DNA from: Selaginella moellendorffii
Lineage: Eukaryota > Plantae > Lycopodiophyta
Reading direction: 5' to 3'
Assembly (NCBI RefSeq): GCF_000143415.4
Contig: NW_003314280.1
Coordinates: 1,488,894 to 1,552,893 of the forward strand
DNA: 64,000 nucleotides
Under the pieces are notes generated by a model. It did not search any database, was not told the origin of the DNA, and saw only the letters and a program-made list of their open reading frames with translations. Both the position numbers and the translations under genes were made by a program. Positions within the stretch are counted from its first letter, which is position 1; each line of letters starts with the position of its first letter. Below are positions 37,501 through 50,075 of this stretch, piece after piece.

Positions 37501-40500
37501 GCTTGGCTTATCCCAGAATGAGACTGCTCTCTTCGGGCCATGTAGCCAGCAATGTGTTTTGTGGCTACCAATAAGAGGCCATGAAGAATTGTAGCAAGTT
37601 CCTGATGTTTGTATCTTGTTCTGGTCCACTCCTGTGCTTTACAAAGGCCATGAGAACCGAGTTCCAGTCTCCAGCACAGGATGTTCTTGTGCGTGATATT
37701 TTGTCAAAAATGAGCTTAACCTCTCATCATCATTGTGTAGAGCAGACAGTCTCGCTGCTCGCACTCGTCAGACAAACCTTGGAATATGTTTTGATGGTGG
37801 CTTTAGAATCCTTGATATATCAAGATCAAAGAAAACAACAAGTAAAAAACTTGAAAACCTGGTTGCATCTGGTTTGCATTATCCTGAGTTGTCAAGAAAG
37901 CTTAGATACTTCCCAAGAAATCTCCCCTTCACCTCGTCAATCTGCTTAGACACTTCATGCTTGACTTGCTACTTTTGCAGAAAGTTGTTAAATCCCATCT
38001 ATTCTCCTTTTGACTAGTGCATAGGGGTAAGAATAAATTTAATCGCCCTGTCCTTTTCACTAGCACATAGAGTTGGGATACTGATCAAGAGCAAAAAACT
38101 AGTTGGCTTTGGGATTTTGATCAAGCACGAGATTCAGGAATCGATTGGTTAACTTTGCTTCATTTTCAGATTCTGGACGTTTAGGAATGATCCATGGTTT
38201 AGAATTCACTGGGACGCCCTGATCTATGGACAGCTGGCTTGTGGACTTCTTGTGCTGAAGGGCTCTCCAGTTCTTGGGTGATATCGACAGTCTTAGAATG
38301 GTGGACAGAAAGCTTGTGTGCCATCAACGTGATGAAATTGTGGCATTTTATCGAGCAAGGTCTTTGTGGAGCATTAAGCTTTGAACCAAGCCCTAAATGT
38401 GGCAAATAATGAAATATGTTATTTGTAAATTGCCACACCCCTTTGGAGGTGTACCTGACAATAAATTATTATACAACGCTGATTCGCAAGAAAAATCAAG
38501 TATCTTTACATTGCTCTAGTCTATGGCTCAAATCGAATAGTTTCTTTCTTCATCTTCCAGTGCTGGATGGAAACAGAGGTCTTTGTGGAGTGGGCATGAA
38601 GGAGCGGCTGCCCTCCTCTGAATAGCCGTCAGCGCCACCGACCTCGAGTTCCACCCCCGCCCCGCCTAGCTTCGCCGCTCTCCTTCTCGCCAGCGACGCC
38701 TCCTGCCGCTGCGCGATGTACTTGCGCGTCCGGCACACATAGACCGCAAGAACCACTAAGGCAATCGCGAAAAACAGTCCCACCACGATCCCAGCGATCG
38801 CCTCGTGCGAGAGCGTGATCGTTTCCTTGCTGGATTTGGATCGCTGCAGTAGCCACCGTCGTCCAATCGACCCAATCGCTGGCTGGATCATCCGCTGGAT
38901 CGATCCAGGAGCTTCATACCCGTATTGGGTGACCTCATAGGATGAATCTACACCGCTGCTACAACCGCCGCCTGGGATCCAGATCGCAAGCAGCAGGAAT
39001 AGAGAAAGAAGAAGAAGCAAGCCGCTCCTCTGAGTTGGCGCTACCTCTCCGCCAAATAGCACCATTTTCGTGATCCTGCGTGTTCGTTGCCAAGATATCT
39101 ATTTCTCGACCTCTCAAGTAGAATGGAAGTTTGGGCGATTTTATCATTTATATAGGAAAAAGACCCTCTTGACCTACAATACATAACGCGACTAGTTCAA
39201 AGTCTTCTTGTGAATAGCGCGTCATACGTGGCCTTTGACGCTTGTGCACCTTGAAGTTGACAGAACTTTTCTTATGTGAATTCCTTCTTCCTAAACCCTA
39301 AATAATCAAAGTGATTTCATGGCAAGATCGCTTGTGATCTGCAAAGAAAGAAGGAATCTTTATAGATCAGTCTTCCTTGCCTCAAAAATCCACATTGCTT
39401 GCCGTGAGCTGAGAGGCATTTCGAGCAGCAGCTTAAATTTTTTTAAACCTGGGCACCATTTTCATTATAGGTTGGAGGGCAAAGCGTGGAGGTGGATGAT
39501 GACACAGAGGGGCAGGATATAATCTCCAGCATTCTCCACCGTGCCTCAAGGAACTCACTGTTGTGCTCGAGTATAGCAAGGATGGTGATGACCAGATGGA
39601 AGTTAGCAGTCACTGCTGTTGTCTCCCTCACAAAGCTCTCCCTCGAAGCTCTCCATGGGACCAAATGGGGAGCAGCGTACTCCACCGCGATTCAGGAGCT
39701 CCACATCACTGGGAGACCATGTTGGGGGGTGTGGGATCTTGTATGTAGAGACACATCCTCGCGCTTGGTGACACCTCCGGGCACAAATGATTTATTTGTG
39801 GGCACAAATGACTGTAACACAAATCAATCAGTAAGATTTAACAAAGAAAAAAAACCAAAGAAGAATAGTCAAGATCTACATGAAGAAATAGTTGTATTGT
39901 CTCCAGATTAACAAAGAAAAGAGACTGTCCATGGTCATCTTGTGTTCACTGTCAATTCATTGGAGCGCAAGCCTCAAAACATAGGCGAGACTGGGAGAGA
40001 TTGGCGATGGCATCCACCTTCCAGTGTCCATATCCAACTTACGAAGGTTGTCACATCGCATGTCCACAACGCAAGAGTTACACTGTTCAAAACCTCTAGG
40101 CTCGGGCACGAAGCTAGCAGCATCTGGAGCAGCGCATGGGGGACGTAAGAGTAGAGCTCACATCTTTTTACACGAATCATCTTGAAAAGAGATCTAAGGC
40201 AAGAAAGAATCATGGCTGTCCACTCTTGATAGGAAAGATCAACGCAAAACACTCAAATGAAACGCAGACCACTACAACCCTGTCTTGGATTCGATCGAAA
40301 ACCCATCGAGCCTCCATTGCCACATTTCCCATACATGTTGATCAAGCTACTGGCCACACGAGGATTGGATTGGAGCCATATCCTGTGTGGATGTGGATCC
40401 TCCTCCCTCTCTCCAAATCCCTGGCGCCGGTGCAGGATTTCATGCTGTCCTTGACTCTTAACCATAAACTTTTCTCTCTATTTCAAAGAGGTAGGAGCGA

Positions 40501-41400
40501 GAGGAACTCCAGTCTCCTCTCTATGTGGCGGTAGCTCCAGTGGAACCTGTGCAGAAAACTCACAAGGACGAGCATCAACATCGTGACTCGCAAAACTACA
40601 AGAGGTACCAATTCATCTTTCGTGGAACTTAGTAGTCATGCAGTTGATTTTCAATAAGAACTTGACAAAGATCAGGCATTGCTACTTCTCACGCGTGAAA
40701 AATGCGACCAGGAAAAAAGAAGAGCAAGTCGAACAGCAGCCGGGGCTGCAGTGAATCACGATGTCTTCCACTTGATGAACTCCAAGTAAATCCTTGAAAA
40801 CCATCATGGTGGGCGGTGTGGGATCTTGCACGTGAAGATGAACAGCCACATCCTTACGCTTGGTGACACCTCCAAGCTCCCTCAGTTAACAGCGAACACA
40901 AGATGACCATGGACAGTCTCTTCTCTTTGTTTGGCTTTGGAGACAATACATACTGACTGCTGTTCTCTTCAGGTTCGTTTTTTCTTTTGTTTTGTCTTGT
41001 GTTTCTTGCTGATCGATCTGTGTTGCAGTCATTTGTGCCTGGAGGTGTCACCAAGTGCAAGGATGTGACTGTTCATCTTCACGTGCATGATCCCACACCA
41101 CCCAACGTGATGGTTGTCAAGGATTTATGGAGTTCATCAAGTAAAAGAGGTTGTGATTCACTGCAGCTAAGTTGTGGCGAACTGGTCACTGAAGCCACGC
41201 TACGAATGCTTCCGGGTGCTGTTCGACTTGCTATTTTTCTTTCCTGGTCGCATTTCTTTCGCGCGTGAGGAACTGCATCACTGGCTTTATTAGTTAGCAG
41301 TGCCTGAGCCTGGCAACGTATCACCTTTTGTAGTTTCTAAATCAAACAAAACGTTGGCGAGCTTTTGCCAAGTACTTCCAAGACTGTAATAGCTTCTTTT
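34590..41400. repeat. Third copy of the roughly 6.8-kb internal unit, in tandem with about 24060-34590
   Basis: At about 34590 the terminal plus-strand X module of unit 2 runs directly into sequence that follows the initial X module (compare 11950-12120). Confidence 0.85.
38550..39065 (-). CDS. Orphan type I single-pass membrane protein, copy 3 (171 aa)
   Basis: Paralog of 16024-16554 with only in-frame indels. Confidence 0.8.
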   Translation of the reverse strand: MVLFGGEVAPTQRSGLLLLLSLFLLLAIWIPGGGCSSGVDSSYEVTQYGYEAPGSIQRMIQPAIGSIGRRWLLQRSKSSKETITLSHEAIAGIVVGLFFAIALVVLAVYVCRTRKYIAQRQEASLARRRAAKLGGAGVELEVGGADGYSEEGSRSFMPTPQRPLFPSSTGR

Positions 41401-41427
41401 GTGATTTGTTTGTAAGGAAGGGCATTC

Positions 41428-43956
41428 TTATACACAAACTTCACTGGATTCTTCGTCTGTACAAGTTTTTCCTGCCAAAGAAACTTCTTCCACCCTTGCA
41501 GCGCACAGAGATAGAGCAGCCGCGGCTGGAGAAGAAGCCTCAAATTCTTTGATCATGGCCTTGACGTCGTCTAGCTTTCCCGACCGGCAAACCCAGTCGA
41601 GGATGGAGCTGCAAGTGGTGGCGTCCGGCAGCATCCCCTTGGCCAGCACCACTCGCAGCAGCTCCATCGTCCCGGCCAAGTTCCCAGATCTGTGGAGACC
41701 ACTGAAGCAAGCCGCGAAGGTGAACGAGTCCGGCTGGTGGCCCTTGCCGACCATCTCCTCAAGAACAGTGATCGCCTGCTCGGTCTTCCCCGACTTCCAC
41801 AGCCCGTCCACGAGGATGTTGTAAGTCACGGTGTCGGGATCCCAGCCAAAGCTCTTAAGCTCGCTCACGAGCTGGAGAGCGTCGTCGGTTCTCGAGGCCC
41901 GGCAGAGCGCGTAGACGAGCGAGCCGTAAGTGATGGAGTCGGGCACGCAGCCGGAGCTCACCATCTCCTCCAGGAACTGGCAGGCCTCCTCGATCCGGCC
42001 GGACTTGCACAGGCCGTGGACAAGCGCGTTGTAAGTCACCACGTTTGGAGGAACTCCCAGATTCCCCATGAGATCGAGGATGTCCCGCGCGGCCTCCACC
42101 TGTCCCGCCTTGCACAGCCCGTCGATGAGCGCGCCAAAAGTCATCACGTCCGGCTGCAAGTTCTTGGCCACCATCTCCTCGAAGAGCGCGGACGCCTGCT
42201 CGAAGTTGCCGGCCTTGCAAGCCCCCGCGATGAGAATGTTGAAGGTGACTTTGTCAGGCACGAGCTCCAGCTCCAGCATCCGGTTGTAGACCTGGAGCGC
42301 TCTCGACACGTCCCCGAGCTTGGAAAGTCCGTTGATACAGCAGTTGAAAGCGTACGTGTCCGGGTCGGGCATGGCGTCGAGCAGCGCCTCGGCCTGACCC
42401 GCCCGCCCCGTCCGGAAGAGACCATCGATCAAGGTGCAGTACGTGATCTTGTCCGGGGCCAGGCCGTGCTTGAGCGTCATGTCGTCGAACATCTGGAAGG
42501 CCTCGCCCGATCGGTCCGACTTGCAGAGTCCGTCGATGATCGAGTTGAAAGTCACCACGTTTGGCGTGCATCCCCGCGACGCCATGCCGTGGAGGAGCTC
42601 CAGAGCCTCGTCGACGCGGGAGGCCTTGCAAAAGGCGTCCACCAGGACGCTGTAGGTGATCACGTCCGGGGTGACGCCCTTGTCCACCATACTCTCGATC
42701 ATGGCGTGGGCTCTCTCCATCTTGTCCGCCTTGCACAGCCCGTTCACGAGCGCGTTGTAGGTGATAACGTTCGGGACGTAGCCACCCGCGATCATGTCGT
42801 CGAAGACGCTGCAAGCCTCGTCGATCTGGCCACACTTGCACAGCCCGTCGATCAGCGTGCTGAAAGTCACGGTGTCTGGAGAGACTCTCAAGCTCCCATC
42901 TCGCAAGCTCCTCATCAGCTCGCACGCCTCGGCCGTCATGGACTGCTTGCAAAGCCCGTCGAGGAACGAGTTGTAAGTGATGATGTTTGGAAGAACGTCG
43001 CAGCTCTTCCGCGTCATCTCCTGGATGAGCTCTCGCGCCTCGTCGATCCGGCCGACCTTGCACAGCCCGTTGATGAGCACGCTGTAGGTGACGACGTTTG
43101 GGACGCAACCTCGAGAGCTCATGTCGCCATGGAGCCGCCGTGCCTCCTCCAGATCCCCGGCTTTGCACAAGCTATCGATCAGCGTGTTGTAAGTCACCAC
43201 GTCGGGGTGGTGGCCTCTCTCCACGAGCTCTTCGAAGAGCTCCATCCCTGCGCCAAGATCGTTGCTCTTGCAGAGCCCATTGATGATCGTGTTGTAAGTC
43301 ACGATGGTGGGAGCTACGCCGTCGCGAGCCATCTCCCCGCGGAAGATCTCCAGCGCGCGAGCTGTGTCCCCCGCGCGGCACAGCGACTGGAGCACGATGT
43401 TGTAGTCCGCAACCGAGCGCGAGGAGCTCCGGATCCGGCGGAAGAAGCCGAGAGTCCTCTCGACGTCGCCGCCGGCCTTGTAAGTCGCGCGGAGGAGCGT
43501 GCTGTAGGTGAAGTGATTGGGGCGGCAGCGTGGCGGGAGGCGCGAGCGAAAGAGATCGATGGCCTTGGCGGGGGAGCCCGACTTGACGAGGAGATTGAGG
43601 TACTTGTTGAAGGAGAAGATGGTGTGCTTGAATCCCGGGAGAGCCGCGGCCCAGTCGTAGAACTGGGTGCCAAGCTCGGCATTGCCGTCGAGCTGGGCGA
43701 GAATGGCGGCCGCGACAGAAGGGTGGAGGCGGCCCTTGCAGCCGCGGAGGGCGGCGACGACGCTCTGGCCGGGCCTCAGCGATTCCAGCGCCTCGGAGAT
43801 TGATCGGGGATCCTCGGCGAGTAGCGGCTTGCAATTACCTGCTGCGCCTCCTCCTCCTCCTCCTCCTCGGCGGGGATTTGGCGATGGCGAGGGCTGTGGC
43901 GCGACGATGCATTGTGAGGCAGCAGCGCCATGGCTGCCGCTCACAACGCCACACAT
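41428..43956 (-). CDS. P-class pentatricopeptide repeat protein, intronless
   Basis: Long tandem array of 35-aa repeats (VVTYNTLIDGLCKAG...A..L..EM...G..PD); first ATG at 43956. Confidence 0.93.
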   Translation of the reverse strand: MCGVVSGSHGAAASQCIVAPQPSPSPNPRRGGGGGGGAAGNCKPLLAEDPRSISEALESLRPGQSVVAALRGCKGRLHPSVAAAILAQLDGNAELGTQFYDWAAALPGFKHTIFSFNKYLNLLVKSGSPAKAIDLFRSRLPPRCRPNHFTYSTLLRATYKAGGDVERTLGFFRRIRSSSRSVADYNIVLQSLCRAGDTARALEIFRGEMARDGVAPTIVTYNTIINGLCKSNDLGAGMELFEELVERGHHPDVVTYNTLIDSLCKAGDLEEARRLHGDMSSRGCVPNVVTYSVLINGLCKVGRIDEARELIQEMTRKSCDVLPNIITYNSFLDGLCKQSMTAEACELMRSLRDGSLRVSPDTVTFSTLIDGLCKCGQIDEACSVFDDMIAGGYVPNVITYNALVNGLCKADKMERAHAMIESMVDKGVTPDVITYSVLVDAFCKASRVDEALELLHGMASRGCTPNVVTFNSIIDGLCKSDRSGEAFQMFDDMTLKHGLAPDKITYCTLIDGLFRTGRAGQAEALLDAMPDPDTYAFNCCINGLSKLGDVSRALQVYNRMLELELVPDKVTFNILIAGACKAGNFEQASALFEEMVAKNLQPDVMTFGALIDGLCKAGQVEAARDILDLMGNLGVPPNVVTYNALVHGLCKSGRIEEACQFLEEMVSSGCVPDSITYGSLVYALCRASRTDDALQLVSELKSFGWDPDTVTYNILVDGLWKSGKTEQAITVLEEMVGKGHQPDSFTFAACFSGLHRSGNLAGTMELLRVVLAKGMLPDATTCSSILDWVCRSGKLDDVKAMIKEFEASSPAAAALSLCAARVEEVSLAGKTCTDEESSEVCV

Positions 43957-44162
43957 ATGTGATCCGATTGGATAAAATGCCCTAGGTTCGCTGGGATATT
44001 CTTTGAGCCGTTGCAAGCATATTCGCGGGTCAAGATAAGTTAAACTCAGACCGTCGGATTCTTAAGCTCTACGAACGGCTAGGATTGCTCGAGCTCAAGT
44101 TAACCAAAGTTAAGAGACAAGAATCTACCGTTAGCCAACTCTAAGTTCTGCGTATCTCGCCT

Positions 44163-46885
44163 TTACAAGTAATGTAAAATGTGTGTGCCAGTTGAGGCTT
44201 TCAATCGGCAGCTCTGTCCGAGATGGACGTCGCCAAAGACATACCTGTGACATCAGTTTTTTTCAGGTGTAGTTCGATTCAACAACGACGCCTACCTGTA
44301 TTCGCATCGCTGCATCATAGCACACCGTGCTTTGGAGTAGTCCCAGAAGCAATCCTCGTCTCGCATAGGTTCCCTCTTGGCTGCTTTTCATCGAAGATGA
44401 GCGTCGTGTTTTCTACTCTTTAGTCACACTGAAGGTGTACCTTTGGACACAAAACTTCGGGTTGCCTGAGGATGGGAGTCGTGCAAGATCTCCAGCCAAA
44501 GCTCCCTGAGCAGAACAGGAGATCGAACCAAGTTTCTGTGGTCGACTGCACAACCAAGTTACTCCCGACGAACACAATTGCAATCCAAGACAACACTTAC
44601 TCTTGTCGACTTCCCAGACGGCGGTCTTCTTTCCGGGTATGGACAGCGCATCTTCATAGTACGTGATATACTTCATTCTGTTGTCCCGGCTCACGTTGAC
44701 AGGAATGTCGCCTCCAGGGCGAGGCTCAACGTTGAAAAGCTCTTGGACGTCTGAGCCGTCGTGTGCCGTCTTGAAGATAGAAAACCAAAACGCGTTTCAA
44801 CAGCATGTTGCAACAACAGGACAACAATCTTCACCTGAGGAGCCCGCGTCACGTTTACTTGCTCGCCCAGCCATGTCTTACACCACGAAAGCGAGTTGTA
44901 TGGCACCTGAAAGTTCCAAGTTACTTGAAACTTCACGAGCCAAATAGCATCACATACCGTTGCATCCCCGGTTACAGCACTTGGAGATCCTTGCACTTCT
45001 ACGCCCGACCTGCAGAAGAGAACGAACAGTATTTCCTTAAAACAGCAGCAACAGCGAAATTTGTATTACCTCGACACAAGAGTGCCATCCGTTTCATAAA
45101 AGACATCTTTCATCATCCAATTGTCTGGAAATGGCCTCCCAGTCGGTGCAAAATGATACCCAACCTGATGATTGCTTGATGTTACTTTCCATAAACATCA
45201 GGAATGGCTTGTTATTTACCTCCGTTTTCAGATTGACGCCATAGATACAGTACACGTTCTTGATAGGTGGTCTCTCCCATGGGGTGAGTGGATTAAGTAC
45301 AGGATCATCCAAGTAGTATCTGGAAAAAAACGCACGCATGTTAGTTGGGGTGATAAGCTCGAACTCGTCCCACACTTCTTGAGCAGCTCAAATGCGGATT
45401 TTCCGTCTGCGTCAATATCCAGGTTCTCTAGGAAAATAGTTCCATCTGCTATTTTCTGAGCAGGATAGGTTCGCTGAAAAGGAAGAGAACACTCTGGTAA
45501 AGTTGGTAACGGGTTGACCTCCAAAGAGAAACCTGAGAAAGAAGAGAGGATAAAAAAAAAAGTAAAAAAGAGTTGGAACGCTTTACACGTCTTTACCAGC
45601 ATCCATCGGCACGTCGATCTTAAGAACGTCCATAGGCCAGCTGAAAGCATCGTCCTCATTGCAGGAATCTCGCCCTGTACAGCAGCATGCTTTCGTCGAG
45701 GGAACACAGCTCGGAGAAAATGGTAGCATCCATAATCCCGAGCTGAAAGTTGAAAGCATCGACCTGGCCGTCCCCTGATACGATCATGAGAAAAAACAAT
45801 CAGCAAAACAAAGCTCCAAACCTCGGCAATAGGAAGCCCAAATGTCACTCCAGATAGCCACCCTTTCACTGTTTCTGCAGCTCCCAGGAATGGCGCACCT
45901 GCGATAGAAGAGACCAACTGAGAAACGCCAACACAAAACCACAGTTCCATCGCATCGCACCAAGAGCATGATATGCGAATATGTGATCATCGATCCACAT
46001 CAAGTAGTCCTTTGGAGCAATCTCTTGCTTGAGCCACTCCAAAAAATACCGAAACACGTTGTTCCCGAGCGAGTGAGCGAAGACGAGCGACGGGCCTCCT
46101 CGAAGCTTTCGACATGTTTCGAAAGTTAGCCTGGACGAGAAAGTAGTTGTCAGCTCCAAGAACAAGAACTAGAACAAGAACGAGAAGTTTCTCAAACCTT
46201 AGCCTATGAAAGTAGAGGTCTCGTGCCTCTAGAGCAGACCCCGCGAGCCTCCAGTCATACGGTGCCGCGACGATAGACTCCGCCTCGATTCCAAATTCTA
46301 CGCACCAAGCAACCCAGTCCTTCCAGACCGAGGAAAGAGGCCCTGAGAGAAAGAAAGATCAAACAAGCAAAAGACCATACAGCTCTACGACTCAATCGAG
46401 ATATAGAAAGAACTTTCCTCCTCTTACCAGTGATATAGCCTGGATCAAGCTCGCTGATCGCGGCGATGCCACTGTCGGGTCGCGATTTACACTCTGGATG
46501 ATCCGTCTGGTTCACGGGATCCAGCACCATGCACTTCATCCAGCAGTATGGGACCGACAAGACCTGTGCGAGCACCATCAATCATTGCTAGTATATAGAA
46601 AGCTCTCGACCAAACTAAGAAGAGAAGATCTTTCTCTGGGGAGCTCACCTTCCTAGTGTCGAGCCACACCGGGTCTAGCGGGTTGAAATTGAGCGGCGAG
46701 AAGGGGCAATCCAGCAGCGACCACGAGCGGAGGCGCGTGGACATGAATCCGGGGATGATGACGCCCGAGAATTTGCGATGGTGCTCATCGGTGCCCCAGT
46801 TCCTGGCGTCCACGCCGGCTCCCAGCGCGATCGGCGATAACCCTAGGCCGAGGAGGAGGAGGAGGCGGAGGAGGAGCGGCGCCAT
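44163..46885 (-). CDS. PSAT1: Phospholipid:sterol acyltransferase-like (LCAT family), paralog 1, multi-exon
   Basis: FSGVIIPGF.STRLRSWSLLDCP, AHSLG nucleophile motif, PWERPPIKNVYCIYG, C-terminal RDEDCFWDY...FGDVHLGQSCRL. Confidence 0.88.
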
Positions 46886-47120
46886 TGCCAGCGCCCGATT
46901 GCTGCCAGTACCGCCGCGGCATCGGATCATCGAATGGTACTCGCAGCGACATTCTAACTAGGCTAGCAATTGGAGGGATTGAAAAAAGCGAGGCCCCTAG
47001 GCAAGGGAGGACTTTCAACGATAAAATCGTGTTGGGTTTATGGTATGGCCCATCTCATCCATCTTGCTCTTGGAAGATCTACCATGCCAACAACTTTTTT
47101 AGAGTTTAATCCGGTTTTCT

Positions 47121-48013
47121 ATGACGATTTTGCTCCGTGCTCGCTGCTGCTCCACTCGATTCTACTGTCGAGCCCAAGGTAAGATTTTGATAGAGCTTAC
47201 AGAGAGTAGATTTTGTGTTCTTGCAGAGAGTGTGGGGCGAACACGCAGAGAAATCTTGTTCCTGGGCCATGGAATTGCGGCAGCTTCAGCGCTATCACTG
47301 CCCTCTTCGCCGAGGTCTTCTTTTCTTTCCTCGCTGTTCTTCTGGCATGGAATTTTTTGCGTTTTGCAGCGCCAGGAAACTCTACACAAACTTGGAAGAG
47401 GCAAGGGAGGCCGGCGAAGCTCGTCGCGAGGAGAAAGAGAGAGCCCAGGGTCCAATTATAACTCTGCCATCGGGAGTAAGGTAAGTTTCTCGATCGATCT
47501 CGCTCCTTGTCACATTCTTTCACCGATCAGATTCAGAGAACTCGACGCTGGCTCGGGAAGAACAGTGGCTCCCGGCGATGTCGTCTCGGTTCAATACGTT
47601 ATATATCGATTAAACGGGTAAGAGTCCGCTGCCCATGATCTTTCCGAGTCTCACGCATCGAAGAAACAGCATGTATCTTGATTCGCTGGGTTACGGGAAC
47701 GAAGGCAAAGACGACGTTGGAGAGGTTCTAACGTTCCAACTGGGTGGAAAAACAGTAAGATGTAATGCTTGGCATGGAGAAAAAAGTGTGACCTTTTGGA
47801 ACCTTCCAGGTTCCTCGAGCTGTAGAACTCGGCATGGAAGGCATGAAGCTCGGGGGAAAGCGGAGAATTCTTGTCAATCCAGACTTGGGCTGGACCCAAG
47901 AATCAATGCAGCCTCAGCCAACAACAGCCGCAGCTGGACGGAGGCTGATGAATAGCTTCCAGAAACCATTGCTGTTCGAGATCGAGCTGGTGAAGATTAG
48001 TGACGGAACTTGA
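47121..48013 (+). CDS. FKBP-type peptidyl-prolyl isomerase, probably thylakoid lumen (Tat signal), multi-exon
   Basis: Transit peptide with TRREIL twin-Arg; GSGRTVAPGDVVSVQY, GMEGMKLGGKRRILVNPDLGW, LLFEIELVKI. Confidence 0.82.
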
Positions 48014-48112
48014 TCGTGAAAACCACGTTGTATATATCATCCTTGCTTAGAAACATTCTATCCCGTAAACTCCAGCATTGAAGTTCTACACAGCATGAAA
48101 TCCACGAACTAT

Positions 48113-49855
48113 TTACATCGAAGGTGGAGGTTTCCGGACAAGGGTTGCCTGCTCCAAGTCAAAAGCAATCTCTATAAGAGTTGGTTCAGAGCCTTTGCTT
48201 CCCAGAATTCCAATTCCAAATGGAACGCCCGTGGAGGAGACGTATCCCGCAGGAATGGTGATGGCAGGATAGCCAGCAATCGCCGCAGGAGCAGTCATGA
48301 GAGATGGCATTGCTCCGATCAGCGCATCCAGCTTGTGCGTCTCAAAAAGATGATCAATCCCGTGCTTTGTGAGGAACTGATTTCGTTTGACGGCCTCCTT
48401 GTAGTCCTTTGAATGCGTGCCTTTGGTTGCCTGTGACTCGAGGAACGTTTCTTGGCCAAAGAGCTTCATCTCCTGGAAACTTGGAAAGAAGTTTGTGAAA
48501 GGTGGTCCTTTTACGAGAGTGTCCTCCACTTACCTTGTCAGCGTGCTGGATGTTGAACTTGATCACGTCCTCGAGGCTCCGGACCTGGCTCTTGACGAGC
48601 TGAGCAAGGTACTGGTTGAGCTCCACCTTGAAATTCGTAAGAAGAACCAGATCCTCGCTCACGCCCGAGAGGGTCTCATCTGCGTGCGGGAGCGTCAAGT
48701 TCTCGACAATCACCGCTCCACGAGATCTGGGGATGGATCAGACAGTTTGATGAGTGAAGAGGCTCGTGAAACTTAACTTGGCGATTGAGATCATCTTCTC
48801 TACGGCGGCAATCGTGTCCTCCCGGATTCCTTGAAAGAAAGGAACGCGAGCAATGCCAAGCCGCTTACCGCGAAGCCCATTCCGCCTCAAGAACTGCTTG
48901 TATCCTCCCCGAGGAATGTATTTAGAAATGAATAGAGTTTGCCGGTCTCTCGGGTCGGCTCCGGCTATGGCGTCCAGCACCGCCACGGCATCCGCCACGC
49001 TCCGGCAAATCGGCCTGCGAAAAGCTCGGCCAGCGTTGATCGTGTTTGACTAAATTGACCGTGTTTGACTGGGCTTACCCGACCGTATCCTGGGTGTGCG
49101 AGATTGGGATGGCGCCAGCTCGGCTTGTGAGGCCGACCGTGGGCTTGATTCCCACCACCGCATTCACGCTTGAGGGGCAGAGGATCGATCCATCCGTCTC
49201 GGTCCCTACCGAGACCGAAACCATGTTGGCAGCTACCGCCACCGCGGAGCCACTGCTGGATCCGCACGGGCTTTCGTCCAGATTGTAAGGATTCTATGGC
49301 AAAGATCACTAAGAACCTAGCCAGCCCAAGTGGATGGATCCGAGGCTATACCTTTGTCTGACCGCCAAGCGCACTCCAGCCGCTGGTGGAGTTTGTGGAT
49401 CGAAAGTTCATCCATTCGCTGAGGTTGGTCTTGCCAAGAATGATCGCTCCGGCCCTCCGGAGCCTGGCCACAATGCCAGCGTCCCGAGGAACTTTGGAGC
49501 CCAGTAAGGCCAGAGAGCCCGCAGTGGTGCCCATCCTATCGGCAGTGGCGATGGAGTCCTTGAGCAGCACTGGGATTCCATGGAGCCCCTGAGCAACTGC
49601 GCTGCTTTGCCGCCTCTGTGCGTCTGCCTCATCGGCCAGGGCAAGAGCGTCGGGGTTGAGCTGGATGACTGCGTTGAGCGTGGGATTGAGGTGGGCGATT
49701 CGATCCAGGTAGAAACCGACGAGCTCGCGCGAGGTGAGGCTCCCGGACCGGAAGGCCTGCTGGATTTCTTCCACGCTCGCCTCTAGGATGGGCGATCGAG
49801 TGCCGGAGAGAGAGCACGCCGCGAGCAGCACCGCGACGGTGAGTAAGAACGCCAT
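48113..49855 (-). CDS. Amidase-signature family protein, secreted type, multi-exon
   Basis: LHGIPVLLKD, GKTNLSEW, PCGSSSGS, GTETDGSILCP, AIAGYPAITIPAG. Confidence 0.92.
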
Positions 49856-50075
49856 TACTATGAAAGCTTGTTTCTTTCCACTTTGTTCCACTTTCCACTA
49901 AGTTACCTCCTGATTCTAGCCAGGACAAGCATTTCTTGGAGGATCATGAAAAGGTGGTAAGCTTGGATTTTGTCATAGAGCATTGGTCTATACGAAAAAG
50001 ATGCCAAGAGCCAGCCAAAACTGACTTGGTCTTTCGTTTTAGCACTGATAGTAGTATAGTACTAGTGTTCTCTCC

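Noticed and set aside
41692-43803. 703-aa plus-strand ORF (and the 598-aa ORF at 20857-22653) antisense to PPR genes
   Set aside because: Expected shadow of GC3-rich, repetitive codon usage; no independent protein motifs.
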